Assembly: GCA_963795855.1 (NCBI GenBank)
Contig: CAWCIZ010000002.1
Coordinates: 608,001 to 672,000, forward strand
Source: Vulcanimicrobiota bacterium
GTDB lineage: Bacteria > Vulcanimicrobiota > Vulcanimicrobiia > Vulcanimicrobiales > Vulcanimicrobiaceae
Direction of reading: 5' to 3'
DNA length: 64,000 bases
A program made the position numbers and the translations under genes. A model generated the notes under the pieces. That model had not been told where the DNA came from, did no database searches, and saw only the letters and a list, made by a program, of their open reading frames with translations. This document shows, in pieces, positions 29,943 through 39,675 of this stretch; the stretch's first letter is position 1; the number at the start of each line of letters is the position of its first letter.

Positions 29943-30731
29943 ATTCACCACGCGTATTGGCTCTACGTCTGGCTTTTCGTCGCCGGGCTCGGAGCGAGCA
30001 TCTTTGGATCGATGGTCGGCCTCGGCGGCGGATTCATCATCGTTCCCGTGCTGCGCTTGTTCTTTGGTTTAGGTCCTGCCGAGGCATCGGGAACCTCGCT
30101 CGCGCTCGTCATCGCAAATAGCGGAAGCGGCGCCTTTACCTATTTGATGCAACGTCGCGTGCACGTGCGCATAGGCCTGCTGATCGCCGCCGCCGGTTTT
30201 CCGGGTGCGATTCTCGGCGCGATCGCGGTGAAGCACCTGCCCGCGCACGTCTTCGATTGGTTGTTTGCGGCGTTCCTCATTGCCGTGGCCGCGGACATCA
30301 TCTTCAACCGCGACCGGCGCCTGCGCGATCGCGACGAGCAGGCCGAGATACACGCGATATCCGGAATGCCGTGGTACACGGCGCTCGTGTCGGGCTTCGG
30401 CGTCGGATTCATTTCGAGTCTCTTCGGCGTCGGCGGCGGCGTCGTGCTCGTGCCCACGCTGCTGTACTTCTCCGATTTGCCCGCGCACGCAATCAGCGCG
30501 ACCTCGCATTTCGGCATCGTCCTGACCTCGCCGATCGGTTTCGTTACGCATTATTTGCAGAACGACGTCGATTGGCAAGACGTCGTGCCGCTCGTTGCGG
30601 GCGGTCTGCTTGGGGGGCCCATCGGCGCACGGCTCTCGCTGCGGCTTCACTCGCAGCGCCTGTTGAATTTCGTCGCCGCCGCGCTCGTCATCGCCGCGTT
30701 TGCGTTAGTTTTACGCCACGTCATAGGGTAG
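29943..30731 (+). CDS. TSUP (TauE/SafE) family transporter; start probably upstream of ATG 30012
   Basis: GLGGGFIIVP and GVGGGVVLVP repeats; first TM segment lies upstream of the first ATG. Confidence 0.88.
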   Translation: MHHAYWLYVWLFVAGLGASIFGSMVGLGGGFIIVPVLRLFFGLGPAEASGTSLALVIANSGSGAFTYLMQRRVHVRIGLLIAAAGFPGAILGAIAVKHLPAHVFDWLFAAFLIAVAADIIFNRDRRLRDRDEQAEIHAISGMPWYTALVSGFGVGFISSLFGVGGGVVLVPTLLYFSDLPAHAISATSHFGIVLTSPIGFVTHYLQNDVDWQDVVPLVAGGLLGGPIGARLSLRLHSQRLLNFVAAALVIAAFALVLRHVIG

Positions 30732-30760
30732 GCATCCCAGCGCAAGAATAGCACCCAGGT

Positions 30761-32647
30761 ATGTATCCGCTCGGCGCCCTTTCGAGTGGGGCCGGTTCCG
30801 TTACGGAACTCGAACGGCTCTTCGAAATAACGCGGGACGTTCTTGGCGCGTCTTCGCTCGACGCGGCGCTTACGTCGCTGGCTCGAGGCGTTCAGGATCT
30901 TTTCGGTTGGCGATGCGTCACGATGGTCGCCGCGGAAGAGCCGAACGGCGAATTGCTGCGCCGCGTCATGCTGGGGTGGCCGGAAGAAGTCACCCGCGAC
31001 CGGCTGTACGAGCGCATCGATCGCGGCGCCTTCGACGCGATGCTCGGTGAAGCAGTCCGCTTTTTCGAAGATTGCTATTTCTTCCCGGCGGAACGGGAGG
31101 CGCATTGGGAGCGATCCATTTTCACCGGGATCAATCCGAACGGCGCGTTGCGCAAGTATCCCAGTCAATGGCTCGAACGCGACGCGCTCGTTCTGACGTT
31201 GCACGACCGCGACGGCATGATGATCGGCTACATGTCGCCCGACGGTCCGCTCAACGGCGAGATTCCCAGCGCGCAAACGCTGCGCGCGATGCAAGTTTTC
31301 GTGAACCTCATGGGCATGGCGCTCGAAAACGCGCGTTCGCAAAGCCGGCTGCAATACGAAGCGACGCACGATTCGTTGACCGGATTGCCCAACCGCACCG
31401 TGTTTTCGCTCGAGCTCGCACGCGCGCTCGAAGCGCTCGGCCGCGGCGAGAGCGTCGAGCGCGCCGTCATCTACCTCGATCTCGATGAATTCAAATCCAT
31501 CAACGACACGCTGGGGCATCTGGCGGGCGACGACGTGCTCAAAGAAGCAGCGGCGCGGCTGCGCGCGATCGTCGACGAACGCTGCACGGTCGCACGCATG
31601 GCGGGCGATGAATTCGCAATTCTTTTCGTCGATGCGCGCCCCAGCCGCATCGCGCAATTACTCGAGGTCATGCACGAGACGCTTCGGCATCCGTATCACA
31701 TTGCCGGCCGCAGCATCGTCATGAGCGCGAGCATCGGGATCGCGCCGATCGACCGGCAATACGCGTCGATCGCGGAAGTGCTGCGCGACGCCGACACCGC
31801 AATGTACTTTGCCAAGAGCGAAGGCCGCGATCGCAGCGCGATCTTCACGCCCAGCATGCACGAGGCGGCGTTGCGGCGCCTGTCGTTGCGCATGCACCTG
31901 CGCAGCGCCATCGACGAGCAGCAATTCGTCGTCCTCTACCAGCCGATCGTCGCGCTGGAGGACCGCAGCATCAGAGGCGTCGAGGCGCTCTTGCGCTGGA
32001 ACCATCCGGAGGAAGGCTACCTCGCGCCGGCGGCATTTCTTCCGCTTGCGGAAGACATGGGCCTGATGGTGCCCGTAGGCCGCTTCGTGCTGGAAAGCGC
32101 ATGCCGCGATCTCGCCGCGTGGCAGCGGTTATCGCCGGAGCGGCGCATAGCGCTGAACGTCAACCTGTCCGTGCAAGAAGTGCTGCAACCGGATCTTCCC
32201 GAGTTTCTCGCGGCGCTCATGGAAAAGCATCGCGTCGATCCCGGCCAATTGACGCTCGAAATAACCGAAACGTCGATCTTGCAAAGTGAATCGCGTGCGG
32301 CGGGCGTGCTGGCGCGTCTGAAATCCATTGGCGTCGATCTGTGCATCGACGACTTCGGCACCGGCTATTCATCGCTGCGCTACATTCAGTCGCTTCCAAT
32401 TGACGCATTCAAGATCGATCAGACGTTCATTGCCGGAATCGGGCGCCAAAAAAGCGCGCAGATCGTGGAGATGCTCGTGCGCTTGGGCGTTTCGTGCAAT
32501 CTCCAAGTCACCGCGGAAGGCATCGAGACCGAAGAACAGGCCGCCCGGTTGCTCGCCCTAGGCTGCGAATTCGGGCAGGGCCTGCACTTCCATCCGCCCC
32601 TGGCGGCAGATAGTATGACTGGACTCCTCGAGGCCGGCACGCGTTAA
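30761..32647 (+). CDS. GAF-like + GGDEF + EAL c-di-GMP turnover protein
   Basis: HDSLTGLPNR, DLDEFKSINDTLGH, AGDEF, EALLRW, DDFGTGYSSL. Confidence 0.93.
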   Translation: MYPLGALSSGAGSVTELERLFEITRDVLGASSLDAALTSLARGVQDLFGWRCVTMVAAEEPNGELLRRVMLGWPEEVTRDRLYERIDRGAFDAMLGEAVRFFEDCYFFPAEREAHWERSIFTGINPNGALRKYPSQWLERDALVLTLHDRDGMMIGYMSPDGPLNGEIPSAQTLRAMQVFVNLMGMALENARSQSRLQYEATHDSLTGLPNRTVFSLELARALEALGRGESVERAVIYLDLDEFKSINDTLGHLAGDDVLKEAAARLRAIVDERCTVARMAGDEFAILFVDARPSRIAQLLEVMHETLRHPYHIAGRSIVMSASIGIAPIDRQYASIAEVLRDADTAMYFAKSEGRDRSAIFTPSMHEAALRRLSLRMHLRSAIDEQQFVVLYQPIVALEDRSIRGVEALLRWNHPEEGYLAPAAFLPLAEDMGLMVPVGRFVLESACRDLAAWQRLSPERRIALNVNLSVQEVLQPDLPEFLAALMEKHRVDPGQLTLEITETSILQSESRAAGVLARLKSIGVDLCIDDFGTGYSSLRYIQSLPIDAFKIDQTFIAGIGRQKSAQIVEMLVRLGVSCNLQVTAEGIETEEQAARLLALGCEFGQGLHFHPPLAADSMTGLLEAGTR

Positions 32648-32674
32648 ATCGCTTCCTTCGTGGGTAGCATCCCC

Positions 32675-32857
32675 ATGATGGTTGTCGATACAGGCGTCGT
32701 GACGACGCGCTTGGGCGAGCCCCGCAGCACCGTGGAACGCGGCACGATCGAAGAGACGTGCACGTACGTCCGCCACTGGGCGTGGCCTTGCGGGTGCCAA
32801 GGCGAGATCATCGGCGGCACGCTCATCGAAATGAGCTGCTGCGAACTGCACCGCTAG
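32675..32857 (+). CDS. Small Cys-rich hypothetical protein
   Basis: 60-aa ORF filling the gap, with WPCGC and CCELH. Confidence 0.5.
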   Translation: MMVVDTGVVTTRLGEPRSTVERGTIEETCTYVRHWAWPCGCQGEIIGGTLIEMSCCELHR

Positions 32858-33450
32858 ACTTTCGTTTTCAGCGTTGCCGCGGCTTTTGCCGCGATGCGCG
32901 CGGCGATTGCGGAGCATCGCGGTCCTTCACGCATGAGAAACGGCAGATCGCGCCACGCGCGCGGCTGCAGCAATGCGCGCGCAGGCCGCATCCAAGCCGC
33001 GGAAATTTCACGTTCGGGCGTATCGAGTATTACGCGAACGCAGGCGACGCGAGGAGCGCGAAGCAGCGCCGTTTCCATGTCTACGCCCGCATATCCGAGA
33101 GCCCCCAACCTTTGGCGTTCCACTCCGTATACGAGCGTTGCGCTCGTGTAGAGCGGATCGAGCAGCACGTCGTGACCTAATCCTCGGGCGGCTTGTTCGA
33201 GGGCATGCACGGCGGCAGCGTCGCACTCCACACGATGGCCGTCGGGGCCGCGAACTACCTGCGGAACGAGCACCGTACCGGTCGTTACTCCGGCTCGAAC
33301 GCCGCCGGCAAGCCCGCAGCTAATCGCGAGATCTTCGAACGTTCGCCGGCGTGCCAGCGCCACGCCGCATTGGACGACGGAGATATCGGCGCCGGCGTAC
33401 CGGCGAACGGCTCGTGCTTCCGTGCTTGTCGCGGCGACGATCGTTACGAT
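32854..33450 (-). CDS. hpnG: Hopanoid-associated nucleosidase/phosphorylase (start probably ATC 33450 or 33441)
   Basis: IVAATSTEARAV N-terminus, SCGLAGG, GVDMET, VRVILD; position in the hpn cluster. Confidence 0.75.
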   Translation of the reverse strand: MVTIVAATSTEARAVRRYAGADISVVQCGVALARRRTFEDLAISCGLAGGVRAGVTTGTVLVPQVVRGPDGHRVECDAAAVHALEQAARGLGHDVLLDPLYTSATLVYGVERQRLGALGYAGVDMETALLRAPRVACVRVILDTPEREISAAWMRPARALLQPRAWRDLPFLMREGPRCSAIAARIAAKAAATLKTKV

Positions 33451-34424
33451 GAGGCGTACCCGCGATCGCGATACCAGCGCACCGCGCGTTCCAGCGCAGC
33501 GAGTACGGGCCCGGGTTGGAATTGCAACTCGCGCCGCGCTTTAGCGCTGTCTGCGTACATGCGCACGCGCGACATCTTCACGCCTTCGACCGGAACGCGC
33601 GGCGTCGATCCGCGGCTCATGCGACACCGCGCCTCGTCGGCATAGGCGATCGCAAGTGCGAGGGCATCCGGCACACGCCAGCGCGGCACCGCCTTTCCGG
33701 TCACCTCCGAAAGCAATCGCCACACGTCGTCGAGCAGCAAATTTTCCGCGCCGAGAATGTAGCGTTCTCCCGGAGTCCCGGCGCGCAAGGCTGCAACGTG
33801 CGCGCGCGCGACGTCCTCGACCGGCACCAAATTCAAACCGCCGCGCGGCGGCTTTGCAAACATTTTCCCGCGCGCGAAATCGAGAATCATCCGTCCCGTT
33901 GGCGTGGGTTTCCAATCGCCCGGGCCGACCGGCGCCGTCGGCAGCAGCGCAACGACCGGCACGCGGCCGGCGAAGGCCGCGCGTTCCTGATCCACTTTTG
34001 AATGATGGTATCCGGGCGAACGCCCTTCAGTCGCATAATCGTCTTCGGTGCGCGGACGTCCGTCCCGCGATGCGCCGAGCGTGGCGGAACTGGACGTCAA
34101 CACGACGCGTTCCACGCCGGCGACGCGCGCCGCTTCCAGCAGCCCCGCCGTCCCGAGCACGTTCACCCGACGCACCATCGCCCGATCGGCCGGCGCAAAT
34201 GAATACAGCGCCGCGCAGTGCACGACGTATCGGCATCCGTCCAGCGCGCGCGCCCACGCTCCGACCTGCTGCAGATCGCCGGTGACGTAGTCCACGCCGT
34301 CGGCCGCTTGTTTCGCGCGCACCAATGCGCGTACGTCATAACCGGCCGCAATCAATTCGCGCAGAACGTGCGCGCCGACGAATCCGCTGCTTCCGGTCAG
34401 AAAGACTTTGTCAGCCACAATCAC
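33444..34424 (-). CDS. hpnA: Hopanoid-associated NAD-dependent epimerase/dehydratase
   Basis: TGSSGFVG, HCAALY, YHHSK, PVGPGDWKPTPTG. Confidence 0.88.
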   Translation of the reverse strand: MIVADKVFLTGSSGFVGAHVLRELIAAGYDVRALVRAKQAADGVDYVTGDLQQVGAWARALDGCRYVVHCAALYSFAPADRAMVRRVNVLGTAGLLEAARVAGVERVVLTSSSATLGASRDGRPRTEDDYATEGRSPGYHHSKVDQERAAFAGRVPVVALLPTAPVGPGDWKPTPTGRMILDFARGKMFAKPPRGGLNLVPVEDVARAHVAALRAGTPGERYILGAENLLLDDVWRLLSEVTGKAVPRWRVPDALALAIAYADEARCRMSRGSTPRVPVEGVKMSRVRMYADSAKARRELQFQPGPVLAALERAVRWYRDRGYASS

Positions 34425-34427
34425 TCG

Positions 34428-34585
34428 CACGAGCGGCGGCACGGCATGTCATTTTTGTCGCCAGTCGCCTTTCCGCATCCGTGCGGAAAGCGCTCCTTCG
34501 GCCTCTTCCCTGCTTCATAATGCTGTCCTAGCTTATGCAGCGAATTCACACGCGCCCAAAATGACATGCCATGCCGCCGCTCATG
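34428..34585 (-). repeat. Long inverted repeat / putative structured RNA element between hpnH and hpnA
   Basis: 28-nt arms 34428-34455 and 34558-34585 match at 26/28, both differences G-U on the minus strand; internal hairpins at 34469-34490 and 34510-34540. Confidence 0.8.
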
Positions 34586-34587
34586 GA

Positions 34588-35595
34588 TTAGTGCGCCAGT
34601 GCGGCCCGGATGCTTTCCTTTACCGATGCGGTCGTCTTTACGACCGCCGTCGGTTCGTACCCGCAATGCGCCATGCAGTTCGCGCACTTCGGATGTTTGC
34701 CGCGCCCGTACTTCTCCCAGTCCGTTTCCTCGATGAGTTCTTTGTACGTCTTGGCGTAGGCTTCATCCGACATCAGGTAACACGGGCGCTGCCACCCGAA
34801 GATCGAGTACGACGGAATGCCCCACGGCGTGCACTCCATGTCGACTTTGCCTTCGAGGAAGTCCAGAAAGAGCGGGCTGTGGTTGAGGCGCCACTTCTTG
34901 CGCTTGCCTCCGGCGAACGCTTCACGGAAGATCGAACGCGTGCGTTCGACGCCGAGGAAGTGTTCCTGATCCGGCGCCTTCTCGTACGCGTAACCGGGCG
35001 ATATCTGCATCGAGTCGACTTCGAGTTCGTCGTTCAGATAATCCAGCACCGCCCGAATCGTCGTTGCATCGTCGGGATCGAAGAACGTCGTATTCGTCGA
35101 AACGCGGAAACCCTTCGCCTTGGCGACCTTGATCGCGCTCACGGCTTTGTCGAACGTGCCGTCGCGGCAAACCACTTGGTCGTGTCGCTCTTTGAGGCCG
35201 TCCAAGTGAATCATCCACGTAAAGAGCGGATTCGGTTTGAACTTGTCGATCTTCTTCTCGAGCAGCAGCGCGTTGGTACAAATGATGACCACTTTCTTGC
35301 GCGCGATCAACTCGTCGACCAACCGCGGCAGTTCCTCGTAAACCAGCGGCTCGCCGCCCGCGATCGATATGACGGGCGCGCCGCACTCCTCGATCGCCGC
35401 AACGCAGTCTTCGACCGTCAGCCGCTTGCGCAGGACGTCGTTCGGATACTGAATCTTGCCGCAGCCCGCACAGGCCAAGTTGCATTGAAACAGCGGCTCG
35501 AGCTCCATGACGAGCGGATACTTTTTCTCGCCCTTGAGTTTCTTGCCAAAGATGTACTTGGCAATTTGCAGTTTTTGCGCGAAGGGTGTGCTCAT
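34588..35595 (-). CDS. hpnH: Adenosylhopane synthase radical SAM enzyme
   Basis: LEPLFQCNLACAGCGKIQYP, CTPWG, GWQRPCY, CANCMAHCGYEPTAV. Confidence 0.95.
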   Translation of the reverse strand: MSTPFAQKLQIAKYIFGKKLKGEKKYPLVMELEPLFQCNLACAGCGKIQYPNDVLRKRLTVEDCVAAIEECGAPVISIAGGEPLVYEELPRLVDELIARKKVVIICTNALLLEKKIDKFKPNPLFTWMIHLDGLKERHDQVVCRDGTFDKAVSAIKVAKAKGFRVSTNTTFFDPDDATTIRAVLDYLNDELEVDSMQISPGYAYEKAPDQEHFLGVERTRSIFREAFAGGKRKKWRLNHSPLFLDFLEGKVDMECTPWGIPSYSIFGWQRPCYLMSDEAYAKTYKELIEETDWEKYGRGKHPKCANCMAHCGYEPTAVVKTTASVKESIRAALAH

Positions 35596-35597
35596 TG

Positions 35598-37490
35598 TTA
35601 CGCTGGTACCTGTTGCCTTTTGAGAGTCGTGCCGGCACTCGCCTTCTCTTTCGCGGCGCGGTCCATCGCCAGCGCCATCGTCGGAAAGAGATGCCGGTAC
35701 ATATGGTAGTTCAAATAAAAGTCTCTGGGGAACCCCGTACCCGTGAAATACGGCTCGTCCCAGGTGCCGTCCGGGCGCTGCCGCCTACGGAGAAACTCCA
35801 AACCCCGCTGCGCCGCCTCATGCTGCGTCATTCCCGCCCATTGCAGCGTCATCACGGCCCAAGCCGTCTGCGACGGCGTACTCGTGCCGATACCGGCGAA
35901 CGACTCGTCCTCGTACGAGTAGCAGCTTTCGCCCCATCCGCCGTCCGCGTTCTGCTTGGATATCATCCACTCCGCCGCGCGCAGCACCATATCCGCACCT
36001 TCATGGAACTGCGCAAGGGCCGATACGACGCACCACGTGCCGTAAATGTGATTGACACCCCAGCGCCCGAACCACGAGCCCGCCGGTTTCTGCGTGTCGC
36101 GCAGATAGCGGAGGGCGCTTGCGGCGTCGGGATCTCCGGTGTCGCGGCCGAGCATCGCAAGCATCTCGAGCACGTGCGCCGTGACGTCTTCGGTCGGCGG
36201 GTCGATCATCGCACCGAAGTCCGAGAACGGCATGCGATAAAGAATCTCGCTCGTGTTGTCGCGATCGAACGCGGCCCACGCGCCGTTGCTCGAGCGCATC
36301 GCGAGCGTCCACGTCACCGCGCGATCCACGGCTTCACGAACGCGCTCCGGGTCGCCGCCTTCGAGCAGCGAGCACACGATCACGGCGGTGTCGTCGATGT
36401 CGGGATAAACGTCGTTATCGAATTCGAACGCCCAGCCGCCATTGGGAACGCCTTTGCACCGCACTTGCCAGTCGCCCCACTGATCGCCTGAAATCTGTTC
36501 TTTCAGCATCCACTCGACCGCCCTGCGCATTGCCGGATGGTCGGCGCGCAGACCGGCTTGGAACAACGCCCGAATCGCCCACGCGGTATCCCACACGGGC
36601 GACATGCAGGCTTGAAAACGCCAGCCGCTTTCGTCGGCGAACGCGAAACGCTCCATTCCCGCAAGGCCTTTTCGCATGACCGGACTATCGAGAGAATACC
36701 CTTCGAGATCGAGCGCGATCAGCGAATACACCCACGGCGGCTGAATGCCCCCCCAGCTGCCGTCGCACTCCTGACGCTCCACCACCCAGCGGATCATTCT
36801 TCTGCACGCCGCTTCGCGTCCGGGTTTGAACGGCGATCGCTCGTAGATCTTCAGCGCTTTGTCGACCCACCACAGCCAGCCGTGGCCCGGCACGTCGTGC
36901 ATGCGCGCGTGCGTTCCGGGGTTGACGATTTCCTCAACGTCGACGCCCAGTTCACGGACGGGCCGTCGCGCGATCACGACGCAGAGCGGCCCGACGGTGC
37001 CGCGCGCCCAGCACGCGAAATCGTACAAATTGAACGGCATCCACGGCGGAAAATTCACGATCTCCGGCGGCATCGTCGGTACGCCGTCCCACGGGTACTT
37101 GCCGAACAGCGCCATCCAGATTTTTGTGAAGACGCGCGCGTCGGCGAGGCCGCCCAGTTTGCGTATCGTCGCGAGCGCACGGCGCATTTCATCGCGCGCT
37201 GCATCGACGCCGAGCACTTTCAACGCGACGTACGCTTCGATCGTCGTACTCAGATCCGCAGGGCCGTCATAGTACAGCGCCCACGATCCGTCCGCGCGCT
37301 GATGATGAAGGATGTGACGGATTGCGCCTTCACGAATCGGCTCGTGCGATAAACCGAGGAAACGCAGCAGCAGCACGTGCTCGGCCGTCATCGTGACGTT
37401 CGTCTCGAGTTCGTCGGTCCACCAACCGTCGGGATGCTGGCGATCCAGCAGCCAGCTAACGGCGCGATCTAAGTGCGTGCTGTTGTTAAT
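35598..37490 (-). CDS. shc: Squalene-hopene cyclase (start ATT 37490, or ATG 37577 inside hpnE)
   Basis: QW repeats, GSWGGIQPPW, catalytic YPDIDDTA, TGTGFP.DFYL.Y..YR..FP. Confidence 0.97.
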   Translation of the reverse strand: MNNSTHLDRAVSWLLDRQHPDGWWTDELETNVTMTAEHVLLLRFLGLSHEPIREGAIRHILHHQRADGSWALYYDGPADLSTTIEAYVALKVLGVDAARDEMRRALATIRKLGGLADARVFTKIWMALFGKYPWDGVPTMPPEIVNFPPWMPFNLYDFACWARGTVGPLCVVIARRPVRELGVDVEEIVNPGTHARMHDVPGHGWLWWVDKALKIYERSPFKPGREAACRRMIRWVVERQECDGSWGGIQPPWVYSLIALDLEGYSLDSPVMRKGLAGMERFAFADESGWRFQACMSPVWDTAWAIRALFQAGLRADHPAMRRAVEWMLKEQISGDQWGDWQVRCKGVPNGGWAFEFDNDVYPDIDDTAVIVCSLLEGGDPERVREAVDRAVTWTLAMRSSNGAWAAFDRDNTSEILYRMPFSDFGAMIDPPTEDVTAHVLEMLAMLGRDTGDPDAASALRYLRDTQKPAGSWFGRWGVNHIYGTWCVVSALAQFHEGADMVLRAAEWMISKQNADGGWGESCYSYEDESFAGIGTSTPSQTAWAVMTLQWAGMTQHEAAQRGLEFLRRRQRPDGTWDEPYFTGTGFPRDFYLNYHMYRHLFPTMALAMDRAAKEKASAGTTLKRQQVPA

Positions 37491-38755
37491 CGTGCTCCCC
37501 CGACGAGAACTTGTGCTGCTTTCAAACCGCTGCGAACGGCCGACTCCATCGTATCCGGCCAACCGGTTGCCGTCCATGCGCCCGCAACGGCGAGATTCGC
37601 CAGCTTGGTTGCAGCGGCAGGACGCGCGGCACCGGGTTGCGCCAAGTACGTTCCTTCCGGATTACGGGTCGCCGCGCCTCGAACGAGCCGCGCGCCCGCG
37701 AGCGCGGGAAGCGCCGCTTGCAGTTCGCTCCACGCAATCGCGACCATGTCGGCGGAAGGCCGTCCGACGAGATCGTCCGCAGCGCTGATACTGCAACACA
37801 AATACCGCTCGCCCTTCTTGAACACCCATTGCACCGGCGAATCGAGGATGGCGGCAAACTCGAAATCGACGTCGCCGCCTTCGTACCACAAATGCACGTC
37901 CATAATCGCGAACGGCTCGTAGACGTCGAGCGGCGGCAATCCGAAGCGCGCCGGTTCGCCGAGCAGTTTCGCAAGCGCGCGCGGCGGTACTGCTAGAACG
38001 GCTGCGTCGAAACGCGATTCGCCCGCGGAGGTGCGCAGGACGATCTCGTCTGCATCGGCCTCGACGGCGAGCACCGCGCAAGAACGGTGCACGGAATCGA
38101 GGCGAGCAGCGGCGCCGTCCATGACGTTCGCGAGCGGCACCTTCGTGTACCCGAAACGCGCGGCGTTGCGGTCGTGCAAAAAAGCCGTGGAAATCACGAA
38201 CGCCGCTTCGGCGGCGTTCATGCGGTCGAGCGGCGCGTTCAACGCCGGAATCAGGAACGGCTCCCAAAAACTGCGGATGGTTCTCGGACTTTGGCCGTGC
38301 GCGCGCAGCCACTGCGCGAAGCTCGCGTCCTCACGCGCGCTGCGCGGCCGCAGGCGAAGCGAGAGCAGGGCACGCGCGATCTCCAGTTTTTCGCGCAGCG
38401 ACAGATGTTTGTATCCGGCGAACGACGCGAGCAAATGAAACGGCGCGGGCAATGCGGCGGCGCGCAAACCGCTGCGCGTTCCGCGTTTTGAATAGACGAC
38501 GACGTTGAAGCGATCTTGCAGATGCAGGGCGTTTCCCATTCCGGCTCGCCGCACGAAGCGCACGAACTCCGTGCAGCATGCCAAATAGACGTGCTGCCCA
38601 TTGTCGACGACGTGTCCGTCGACTTCGAAGGATGTGGCGCGGCCACCGAGCAGCCGGCTGCGCTCGAACAGCTCGACGCGCCAGCCCGCCTCCTTGAGTT
38701 CGATTGCGGCGGCAAGGCCGGCCAATCCGCCGCCCACGACTGCCGCAGCGGGCAC
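37469..38755 (-). CDS. hpnE: Hydroxysqualene dehydroxylase (FAD-dependent)
   Basis: VVGGGLAGLAAA, LGGRATSF, DNGQH, AGAWTATGWPDTMESAVRSG; TAGTG coupling to hpnD. Confidence 0.92.
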   Translation of the reverse strand: MPAAAVVGGGLAGLAAAIELKEAGWRVELFERSRLLGGRATSFEVDGHVVDNGQHVYLACCTEFVRFVRRAGMGNALHLQDRFNVVVYSKRGTRSGLRAAALPAPFHLLASFAGYKHLSLREKLEIARALLSLRLRPRSAREDASFAQWLRAHGQSPRTIRSFWEPFLIPALNAPLDRMNAAEAAFVISTAFLHDRNAARFGYTKVPLANVMDGAAARLDSVHRSCAVLAVEADADEIVLRTSAGESRFDAAVLAVPPRALAKLLGEPARFGLPPLDVYEPFAIMDVHLWYEGGDVDFEFAAILDSPVQWVFKKGERYLCCSISAADDLVGRPSADMVAIAWSELQAALPALAGARLVRGAATRNPEGTYLAQPGAARPAAATKLANLAVAGAWTATGWPDTMESAVRSGLKAAQVLVGGARLTTART

Positions 38756-39675
38756 TATGCGTCGTCCGCGGGCTGCCGCATGCCGCTGGAGGGGCGCAGC
38801 CACGATCCCAACACGACTTGCAGTTTCTCGCCCTTCGAAAGCGCGGCACGCTCGCGCAGCGGAAGCTGCGGATCGCGCTCGATCTTGCGCAGCAAGCGTT
38901 CGTAGATTCCCGCCATGGTTTGCACGCATGCCGCCGGACGGCGCGGAATGTAGCGCAATACTTCGTATCCCGCTTGAAACAATTGCCTCGCGCGCTGCGT
39001 CTCGAATTCAATCAGCGCTTCCCAGCCCGCTCCCGGCTGCACGCGGAGCATTTCTTCCTCGCCGATGCCGAACCGGCGCAAATCTTCCTCCGGCAAGTAG
39101 ATGCGGCCCATCTCGGCGTCTTCGCGCACGTCGCGCAGGATGTTCGTCAGCTGCAGCGCCAGCCCCAGATCGTCCGCGCGAAGCAGCGCCACGTCCTCGG
39201 TAAATCCGAAGATGCGAACGCACATGCGGCCGACCACCGATGCGACCAGCCGGCAATACTCGCGCAAATCGTCCCACGTCGCATAGCGCGTGTGCGTGCA
39301 ATCGCGCTCCACCCCGTCGATCAGCGCCTGCAGTTCGGCCTCCGGCACCGCGTACCGCTCCACGGCCTTGGAAAGCACCTGCATCACCGGGTCGTCGAAC
39401 TCGCCGAGCATGCAGCGGCGTACGCGTTCGCGCTGCTCCGCCAAACGCTGCGGGATCGCTTCCGGCCGCGGCGCGCCGTCGACTTCGTCGTCAACCTGCC
39501 GCGCGAAATCGTACAGCGAGTAGATCGCCATGCGCTGATCGTGCGGAAGTGAAATGAAACCCCAATAAAAATTCTTGGCTTCACGCCGCGCCATCTGACG
39601 ACAGAAGCGCTCCGCTTCTTGCTCGACGCTTCGCGGGCGGCGCATGTACCGAACCGCGTCAAGCGGTTTCAGCAT
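38755..39675 (-). CDS. hpnD: Presqualene diphosphate synthase
   Basis: AKNFYWGF, ARQVDDEVD, YCRLVASVVG, QLTNILRDVREDA..GRIYLP. Confidence 0.9.
   Translation of the reverse strand: MLKPLDAVRYMRRPRSVEQEAERFCRQMARREAKNFYWGFISLPHDQRMAIYSLYDFARQVDDEVDGAPRPEAIPQRLAEQRERVRRCMLGEFDDPVMQVLSKAVERYAVPEAELQALIDGVERDCTHTRYATWDDLREYCRLVASVVGRMCVRIFGFTEDVALLRADDLGLALQLTNILRDVREDAEMGRIYLPEEDLRRFGIGEEEMLRVQPGAGWEALIEFETQRARQLFQAGYEVLRYIPRRPAACVQTMAGIYERLLRKIERDPQLPLRERAALSKGEKLQVVLGSWLRPSSGMRQPADDA

Noticed and set aside
34490..34512. Glycine-riboswitch-like words (GGAAGAG..CCGAAGGAG) within the hpnH-hpnA element
   Set aside because: The CUCAGG-type partner motif and aptamer architecture are not evident; the family is left unassigned
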